A stretch of DNA of 64,000 nt, taken from Schizochytrium sp. TIO01 (Eukaryota > Protista > Bigyra: Labyrinthulomycetes). The DNA is taken from NCBI GenBank assembly GCA_004764695.1, contig SMSO01000008.1, positions 1 to 64,000 on the forward strand, read 5' to 3'. Shown in pieces: positions 57,101-64,000 of this stretch (within the stretch, counting starts at the first letter, position 1; every line of letters starts with the position of its first letter). The translations under genes were made by a program, and so were the position numbers. A model generated the notes under the pieces. It was not told the DNA's origin and did not search any database. It saw only the letters and a list, made by a program, of their open reading frames with translations.

Positions 57101-57536
57101 TCATTCGGAACCAAATCATAATGACCGTGAATCCAGTAGTGAACACGCTAGTCATCCGAAACTAAATCACAATGACCGTGAATCCAGTAGTGAACACGCT
57201 AGTCATCCGGAACAAAATCACAATGACCGTGAATCCAATAGTGAACACCTTAGTCATTCTGAGGTAAATAATGATGACCGTGAATCCAGTAGTGAACATG
57301 CTCGTGAAGACATGGAACTAGAACATAGTTCAGTCCATGCACACGATAGTCATCGGAGATCCAAAAGGACTCCCAAACCTCATGTACCACTAAATGTTGG
57401 TCCCAGTGCCAAAGGCGCTGCAAATAAATACCGATACTATACCAATCGTCTGAAACGAAAACGTAATATGACGAATACAGAGTTAGATTTCTCGGATATC
57501 AATTCTCTATCAAAGAAGAGAACTTACATGAACTAA
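54198..57536 (+). CDS. Element 2 Gag-PR-IN (5' part of a frameshifted polyprotein)
   Basis: CSHCGYSNHAEANC and CPICNQVGHRPSVC knuckles, LLDSGC protease, HLKLGH..CMDC, IRTDGA integrase core. Confidence 0.9.
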   Translation: MTTPGGSKKSNKLKKKQEAADQAANIKKQSPDSDEDIREELRKLKEKLAVYEQCLGEHTKPKDYDDLESFTMDRTRNVLMNSINKIPVGPPLDPLGSNWEIWSTDVIRFMEYNGCTPEEIEACTDPKRQRLLDSALYALLRNQAGTDFHERLQQYGKSHRGGEGRAAWAQLQIAFKKQPGEININKVSALVQCFQQYLNNSFENMSEDEVMTWFLKLHNTQLDVLATGMTLHDYMFILNLLPRIRYMGPQTTAIYGKAIKLKEYSKELFQELRNTEREVAQQCTLKGKSGYSAGNPEPTHLQANSFHPSRNKFKRQKRPTSQNNNSGGAQQPFPQRNKCSHCGYSNHAEANCKFLTAICPICNQVGHRPSVCPRRSSRQQKSNNKRQRHNSTPPYKGLALHNAPFDQGPFHANYSVNLLTINHLKSEPKSAETTSEGFLLDSGCNLHVTPNLTLLSNYENINPLSMDAAQGSSVPILGKGTLEARVRSTSGRIVPLTLTVYYAPSLAHTLLSTSIMTQQGFSFFFSQDSDRMTTSHGEVITLGQQSDIPMLIPVKAPKVNALQLRKAQKLSYKGIDWLEAHLKLGHASIPRIASSIGVSASQIDFLCMDCKVANFERIPVTKGPHTPYAKSPRQAVTVDVMGPFHVLGVPHKLKYAIVYRDLYSDFTYVYPIQSTDQVSTTLRTFAQAWLQGKNTSRIIIRTDGAKYFTGGEFARSLHTMRWEHKLSAPHSHATNPAEGINRVLMNGLRSNLKTALLGAKYWPYALSHAVHVKNRTASSRNRKSPYERHLGKAPDYSYFHIFGAPCVFKKFPIPQKLEDRGELGIFLGYADSYTHGTVHVLPKDKSNILQTREVKIFDQALTEQTRQRAMSIETALTPDLITHWTREESNKLIDGEMYQDLPALSSTANNTKSFLTPNTPEYNDDRESNSEHASRPEVNNDDRESSSEHASRLEANHHDRESNSEHASHSEPNHNDRESSSEHASHPKLNHNDRESSSEHASHPEQNHNDRESNSEHLSHSEVNNDDRESSSEHAREDMELEHSSVHAHDSHRRSKRTPKPHVPLNVGPSAKGAANKYRYYTNRLKRKRNMTNTELDFSDINSLSKKRTYMN
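56970..57303 (+). repeat. 51-bp in-frame tandem repeat (DRESSSEHASHPEQNHN-like), 7 starts, in the IN-RT linker
   Basis: GACCGTGAATCCA recurs every 51 bp from 56970 to 57276. Confidence 0.92.
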
Positions 57537-59197
57537 TCATTCCCACGATATATCCGAGGGAACAGGAATATTTTGCTTTTCTTATAAAAAACAACACAGA
57601 TAATAAACAATTACCTAACCCGGTCCCAAAACCATGTCCATATGACGACATTGTAGTTCCAAACACTTATAAAGAAATGCGGAAACTGCCACAGGCATAT
57701 CAGCAACTATGGATCGCTGCTATGAATACTGAACATCACAATCTGCAGTCCGCTGGTGTTCTGGAAACTGTACCCTTACACACTTTACCACAGGGACAGA
57801 CTGTAATGGGAACTAGATGGGTCTTTACAAAGAAGGCACCACCGGTCAATCTGTTAAAAGCACGGGTTGTAGTACAAGGCTACAATGAGGCCATTGAACA
57901 TGTTTATGATATATACTCACCAACAGTTAATGTTGAAAGCATTCGTGTTGCAACAATTATTGCTTTAACGAGAAGCTATGATGCTATCACCGTTGACGTA
58001 ACCGCCGCATTTCTAGAAGCACAAATTCCAGATGACGAATTCCTCTACATCAAAGGCATTGAAGGTCTTGACTTAGCAGAAGGTTATTGTTATCGTCTGC
58101 GTAAAAGTCTATATGGACTCAAAAGTGCCCCCCGTAGGTGGATGGATCATTTGACGGCTATATTAGAAAATTATGGCTTAACACGATCTATAACGGACGC
58201 ATCACTCTTTATTGGCAAAGATCTTCTAATGACTATCCATGTTGATGACATGAGAATCTTTGGCACACCCCAAGCACTAAAAGCGATTGTCAAAGAACTC
58301 GAACAAAATGTCGGCGTCAAAGTTAATCGTGAAAAACAATGCCATTATCTTAGTGATACACATGTCTATGACAAGTCACGAAAGATCTGTACCATCAGCC
58401 AACGCGAGTATTGTGGAAAAGCCCTTAGGCGATGTAATATGGAAAACTGCAATGGAGCTAAAACTCCATCCATCCTTAAAGAGTTAAGTGATCATCCTGA
58501 CGACTCTGTGAATGAACACTATCGTCCACTTGTTGGCACTCTAATGTATTTACTAAAAACTCGACCTGATATGGCATACACTTTACACCAACTTGCATGC
58601 CATGGTCAAAAGAATGGAGCGGAACATATGCAAGCTCTTAAACATGCATTCCGTTATGTCAAGGCCACAAAGGACAAAGTTCTAACACTCAAAGGCGTGG
58701 ATTCAGAGGCACAACTTGTTTTGAACGTCTATACAGATGCTTCTTTCAGCAAGGCACATGACAAACTTCGTCGTAGTGTTACAGGATATGTTGTTATGAT
58801 AAATGATAGTGCTGTTGTATGGAAAACAACCAAACAGTCTACAGTTGCAAGAAATACTCACGAAGCTGAACTAATTGCTGCAGTTGCAGGAGTTCTCAGA
58901 GCAGAATCCATTAGACAACTTTTAGCAGACATGAACATTTACATCAATGAAATACAGGTATATATAGATTGTCAAGCATTAGTAAACACAATCAAAAAGG
59001 AAGAAGTTAATGGTACAAATGGTTATCTCGCAGTACAACTAGCAGTACTGATTCATCGAAGACAAAGCCAATTACTCAAGGTACATCATGTTAAAGGCAC
59101 AGAAAATATAGCTGATTTACTTACCAAACCACTTGCAGCACCATCTCATTGGAAACACGCTAGTCGCTTACTTGATGCTTCAGGTGCTGACGCGTGA
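57467..59197 (+). CDS. Element 2 RT-RNase H (frame open from 57467, first ATG at 57677)
   Basis: KARVVVQG, DVTAAFL, LRKSLYGLKSAP, IHVDDM, YTDASF, NIADLLTKPL. Confidence 0.9.
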   Translation, partial: YDEYRVRFLGYQFSIKEENLHELIIPTIYPREQEYFAFLIKNNTDNKQLPNPVPKPCPYDDIVVPNTYKEMRKLPQAYQQLWIAAMNTEHHNLQSAGVLETVPLHTLPQGQTVMGTRWVFTKKAPPVNLLKARVVVQGYNEAIEHVYDIYSPTVNVESIRVATIIALTRSYDAITVDVTAAFLEAQIPDDEFLYIKGIEGLDLAEGYCYRLRKSLYGLKSAPRRWMDHLTAILENYGLTRSITDASLFIGKDLLMTIHVDDMRIFGTPQALKAIVKELEQNVGVKVNREKQCHYLSDTHVYDKSRKICTISQREYCGKALRRCNMENCNGAKTPSILKELSDHPDDSVNEHYRPLVGTLMYLLKTRPDMAYTLHQLACHGQKNGAEHMQALKHAFRYVKATKDKVLTLKGVDSEAQLVLNVYTDASFSKAHDKLRRSVTGYVVMINDSAVVWKTTKQSTVARNTHEAELIAAVAGVLRAESIRQLLADMNIYINEIQVYIDCQALVNTIKKEEVNGTNGYLAVQLAVLIHRRQSQLLKVHHVKGTENIADLLTKPLAAPSHWKHASRLLDASGADA

Positions 59198-61917
59198 TTT
59201 GCGGGGGAGTATTGAAGTAATATACAGCTACTGTCTAACCTAACCTAACCTAACCTAACCTAACCAAGCTCTCCTATCCGACACATCCTGTGTATCGGAC
59301 TGACATCATACATTCATTCCTGCCTGTATCCAGACCTGAAACCCCAATAACTCATATATCATCCTCTTTCTCTTTCTCCTGAGTTCGTCATCCTTGTCAG
59401 ACTACCTCTCCACGCTTTACAGCACAGGCTACTCTGCAATAGTTTTTTAAACAAATTCGTTCCTTTTTTCTAGCCATGCGATGTGGTGGAGATGCTATAG
59501 TTTTTAAAAAGAAGAAAAAAAAGCTTCGACACTCCCAGGGGATATTCTTGAAAACCCGTTAGTTGTTTCCTTGTGTTAAACTCAAAAATTAGACCTTACT
59601 ACTCATAACATTTAGCTTAGTAAAGTATCTTACCTTAGCATTGCATATGGGGCCGAATGACAAGGGCTATATATCATATTTGTCACATTAAGCTATATCA
59701 AGTAGAGTTAACTCGTCATTTTTGCACCAGGAACTATTTAATTTTATTTGGCAATTTTGTGACAAAGTAAACTTGATGCTGCTATATTTGAATCAAATCA
59801 GTAAAACTTAAAGTTGAGTAAATTTCTTGACTTACTGTTTTATGGCACATATGTGCTTTTATTTTCAATATCAATGAACAAATATGAAAATAGAATCCAT
59901 GTTGTAGTCACCTATTTTCTTGTTCTTTTCGTTCCACCTTCCAGGCAATAAGTGGATAATAGTTAGCGAAAGAGAGAGTCTTCTGTTACCGAGATCGAAT
60001 CAAGTGCTTTGACAAGCACCGACGAAAGACCTGAAAAAATTCGAAACAGAATATACTTGTGTATCTAGAAGCAGCATTATGTATTAGTAAATTTTGCGAG
60101 CATCATTCTAATTATAGCTCACTCAAGGCGCTTGAAGCTAAACCCTGAGCAGCAAGAGGTTGACTGAGAATAGGAAAGCAAGGGAGTTTGAAAAACGCGT
60201 CAAGACGTAAGGAGGCGTTGTGTATTTAGGCTTATAAAATTAGCGATCTGGTGACCTTAGAGATGAACACCAAGGTGGGTTGATTCGTATTCTAATGAGG
60301 AGACTAAAACAGACTTCATCTACCATTACGCAGAACTCAAGATTTTAACTGGTTTATTCAACCATCTATTTTCGCTGTCCTTACATAATCCCTTCATCTT
60401 GTATCACACTTTCATATTTTATAGTCACTCCCCCCATTATATACAAGTTCTACCAGTTTAAGACTTCTGATAGTGTACCAAGGACTTCAGTGATATCTTG
60501 CCCACATGATCTCTTAATTTGTAATCTCAGCACGAGGGTATTCTGCTCTTTGACTGTTGCATTGTTCTTTTTAAATCAAGGAAAAAGACTTGAAATATGA
60601 CTGCTCAGGAATTAAACAGCCGCCTATAAAAGGTAATATTTTGGATACCAGGGGTATTAAAATTTGCTATGCATGAGAATAGTCACCTAGGACAGGATGA
60701 TATGCGCTACTGCTTTTGTTTAGTGATCGAGACTTTCTGTATATCGAACATGCTACACATAATTCGTCGCAAAGTAGCACAATAAAATATGCTACATCAT
60801 AAAATGCTACAATGAAATACGTAGCATCGTATTTTGTAGCATGGTTATGTGTAGCACGTCGTGTTCTTGTGAATTAAGGTAGACATACTTCTTTGATACG
60901 GCTGTACAACATTTAGAAAAGGAATGTTGCATGGTTGTTAAATAGAAAGTGCATAAATGTCAATTTAAAGTCTAAACCTCTGTTTTGAACAAAGATACGC
61001 AGGTCGTTATATTCGAGCTGTCTCAGCTTGCTTAAAGTTATAAAAATGAATGATTTGATAGGATCAGGCTGCTTTTAGTAGTAAGCCAACTTGTGAAACT
61101 ACTTTACTTTGCTTCGATTTTTTCTCCTTTCAAAAAAATCAAAAAGCAAAATGAGAGATGAAAACAACAAACCCAAAAAACAGAGTGTAGTCAAGTTAAT
61201 TAAAAATACTCTTTCCATTTCAATGCCCTTTTCACGGCAGAATGACTTGCTTGATCTTTGCAAAGGCAAATGTAGTAGCCGTAAGATTCTGAATGATAAT
61301 GATAAATACGTAGGTCTTGATAATTCTTAAGTTAATAGCCTACGATATTCGAGGTTTGCTGACAAGTCAGCACCCCACTCCTTCCAAGTTTGTTCCTTAG
61401 ATGTGTCAACAAAATTTGCCCTCACCTTTGTCAGCTGCACTGTGAAAGCTCCAAGTTGGGCATGAGATATATAATTCTCATTCAGGTCACCGTGAATGTG
61501 TAGCAGGTGTGGTCGCAAACTTTCTTTTCACATCTGACGAACTTCTTGGGTCACGTCAAGCAACAAGCAATACTATTGAATATAAGAAGAGAGAAGAAAA
61601 GGCAATCAACAAGAACAAAAATATGATTGAAGTAGTTAAAGACGCTGTGTCTTCTTTTTGGCTGATAAAAATTTGAGCACTCTATACATTACACCAGGCA
61701 GCATGGAATCTGCACCCTTCCTTTAAAAGAGTCCATCTCTGGGCATTGTCATGATGCACAGGGGACAAAGGCTTGGTAAACACACACACAGAGGCAAAGC
61801 CTTCCATCATGATAGAACAGGAATACCACAGATTCATATTACATCAGGATGAGCTATATTGGCTTGACCATGTTTACGCACGGGGCGCACGAGACGTTCC
61901 ATTTGGATGCTTTCTGC

Positions 61918-63108
61918 TTAGATGGAGGGCTCCCGGGAGCGAACCTCGTTGGCATCAGCGGCGCGGGAAAAGCGAACGAGGAAGGAGGGAGGAGGTACGG
62001 GCTGCTTGTTAGCAGACTCAATTACAAGAAGAATCGAGCCAATCAAGAAAGCCCAAGAGCCCCAGTAGGTAGAGAGGTAAGTTCCGTAGTATTGGCAGCA
62101 AATCTCACGTCCCTTCCAGTCATCGAGGAGACCAAAGAAACCGCAAAGCCAGAAACCACATCCTCCGAGGAAGTTAAAGAAGTTAACCCACCAGCCAATA
62201 GCACCAAAGTTGGGTACATACCAGACGTACTGAGTCTCAAGCATCAGAACCCAACCAGCATAGATGAAACCACACGATCCAACCACCTGAAAACCCCAAA
62301 TGAAGATATCAGCGACAATCCAGTTCTCAACAAGGATTCCGGCGGCGCCAGCCTTGGGAAGGTTCAGAGTCACAGAGCACGTAAACAGGCAGGCACCCAT
62401 GAACTGAGCAGAGGCAGCAGCGGCTCCGGGGTTACTGAATTCAAGTGCGAACCATCTCCACTTAGAATCACGGTCCGAGTTTTGACCAGGGTTCTCAGCG
62501 TCATATGAGACAAGGTGTGCAAGGTTGCTGTCACCCGTCTTGTTCTTGTTAAGGCCAAGTTTAGAGGCAATGCGGTAACCAAATTCAACAGTGCGGCGAG
62601 GGTTAATGGCCTCGAGAACAGCAAAGTACGCACCAAACTGGAAAGAAAGACCACCAAAAAATCCACTGATAGCAGGGCCAAGCAACGATGCACGTTCATC
62701 ATCAGGTGCAGGCGGCCACATAATGAGCCAACCTTGCACCACCCAGAGAATGGATCCCCAAGTAAACACATGGGCGACCCACCAAGAGATGTTGCCAGGC
62801 TCAAATGTCAGCAAGTTGATGTTGATGGGGTGGATTTCGTCAGAGTTGCGGTCCTCCACAACGGGGTAGCGGTTCTTGCGGTGGTTACGGGTGTGCCAAA
62901 TGATCTCACCATCAAACTCGCCGGGATAGAAGACCACTTCGTTGGGAGTGGTCTGTTCCATGCTTGTAATCTTGCCATTGAGTCCGTTCAGGTTAACACC
63001 CTTGAGGGACTCTGGACGGTGCTCTTCATCGGAGAGAGGAATACGAACGCCAGCAGAGCTGCCTTGGCGCCAGACGACTTCGCCTTCAACATCAACTTGA
63101 CGGCCCAT
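61918..63108 (-). CDS. Multi-pass integral membrane protein (396 aa), possibly YrhK-like repeats
   Basis: Long intronless ORF with about six hydrophobic Gly/Trp/Phe-rich segments (SWWVAHVFTWGSILWVVQG, GWWVNFFNFLGGCGFWLCG, YWGSWAFLIGS). The family assignment is tentative. Confidence 0.75.
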   Translation of the reverse strand: MGRQVDVEGEVVWRQGSSAGVRIPLSDEEHRPESLKGVNLNGLNGKITSMEQTTPNEVVFYPGEFDGEIIWHTRNHRKNRYPVVEDRNSDEIHPININLLTFEPGNISWWVAHVFTWGSILWVVQGWLIMWPPAPDDERASLLGPAISGFFGGLSFQFGAYFAVLEAINPRRTVEFGYRIASKLGLNKNKTGDSNLAHLVSYDAENPGQNSDRDSKWRWFALEFSNPGAAAASAQFMGACLFTCSVTLNLPKAGAAGILVENWIVADIFIWGFQVVGSCGFIYAGWVLMLETQYVWYVPNFGAIGWWVNFFNFLGGCGFWLCGFFGLLDDWKGREICCQYYGTYLSTYWGSWAFLIGSILLVIESANKQPVPPPSFLVRFSRAADANEVRSREPSI

Positions 63109-63476
63109 CTTGCTGACTGTCTTGTCTGTTTACCTTGTGCAAAGGCTAGCTTTCAAGTTCAAGCGGCTTACGACTTGGGGTTTTCTGTGTGACTTTGCCG
63201 GAATGAGAGAGTATGCAGTGCGAGCAGCACTTGGTTTCTCTTGTGGCTTTGTTGGTTTGGCTTTGCCTCGAGGGAGAGGCGTTTGGGGTTTGCTGATGTT
63301 GGAGCGTTGCCACTTGCCACGGGTTGGTGTTTTCCCCTTGCAACTTAATGAGCCTGCTACTATTGAGTTTCAAGGTCATTTATGGCACGAGAAGGGAGAC
63401 AGTGGTTATTACTCGTGCTTTGCACGCTCCGACACATACTTTTTCTAAAGAAAAAAGAGAGAAACAATAAAAGAGG

Positions 63477-63543
63477 ACATAGAGAGCGATAGAGAGAGAG
63501 AGAGACAGACAGACATACAGAGAGACATAGAGAGACAGGGAGA
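63477..63543. repeat. GA/GACA-rich simple repeat
   Basis: Read directly. Confidence 0.8.
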
Positions 63544-64000
63544 AAATTGGATTTCTAATTTACGCCTAGAAAGAGGATTTTAATTTTGTTTTTAGTTTAA
63601 ATATTATAAACAAAAAAGAAAACAAAATGAAAAAATGAAGGGAATAAAACACTATGATGGTGGAACCATGCTGCTAGGGCAGAAAAGGGGTGGTAGATTT
63701 AAAAAAGAAGGGGAAAAAAAGGGTTTTAAGAGCAGTTTCCGAGAGAGGGGGAGCAGAGGAGCAACACAACTTGAGTCGCATCAAGGAGAAGAAAGTTTGG
63801 GCAAAGGAAGCGTGTTGTTTTAGCTGGCCTTGAGTACGCTTCTGGCGCAGAAGAGTGCAGCATGACATTCCCCGTTCCTTATTTTCCAAATGCGAGTTGT
63901 AAATCATTTGTTAACAACTTTTCAAAACATTTTATTCATTTTAAAACAAAGTTTAGTCGAGAACTAACAAGAGGAAAACAAAAAAGAGAAATAAGAAAAC

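Larger units (their letters stand above)
53815..59441 (+). mobile_element. Ty1/copia LTR retrotransposon (element 2)
   Basis: LTRs at 53815-54041 (227 bp) and 59210-59441 (232 bp) with TATTG...CAATA ends. TSD GTTTT; PBS GGTTATGGGCCCA at 54042 (internal half of initiator tRNA-Met); PPT GCGGGGGAG. Confidence 0.97.

Noticed and set aside
61849-63192. Plus-strand ORFs of 219 and 225 aa
   Set aside because: Antisense shadows of the 396-aa membrane-protein gene, with no recognisable motifs.

Overview
This is the left end of a eukaryotic chromosome. The 18S sequence and TTAGG telomere point to a thraustochytrid (Aurantiochytrium-like stramenopile), judged by recognition rather than a database search. 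From the telomere inward: a (TAACC)n tract; about 13 kb of subtelomeric tandem repeats (~370, ~530 and ~410 bp units) interrupted by an intact Ty1/copia element with identical LTRs; and a single 18S-5.8S-28S unit transcribed toward the telomere. Next is a ~30 kb cluster that looks like an innate-immunity island. Its core is two paralogous minus-strand genes missed by the ORF track, in which every 28-aa leucine-rich repeat is its own 84-nt phase-2 exon (14 and 7 cassettes). These cassettes vary mainly at the predicted concave, ligand-facing residues at the splice junctions. One gene ends in Roc-COR-TIR, the other in an unrelated short tail, and each sits head-to-head with a 5S rRNA gene. The island also holds an Mx-like dynamin with a SAM-like insert and three TTTCCCGGGAAA palindromes upstream, a Crinkler/RHS-type pseudogene, kinase pseudogenes and two tRNA-Gly genes. 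The window ends with a second copia element, whose LTRs carry host telomere repeats and which has two solo-LTR relatives, and a membrane-protein gene. Coordinates were read by eye; boundaries of repeats, rRNAs and pseudogenes are approximate.
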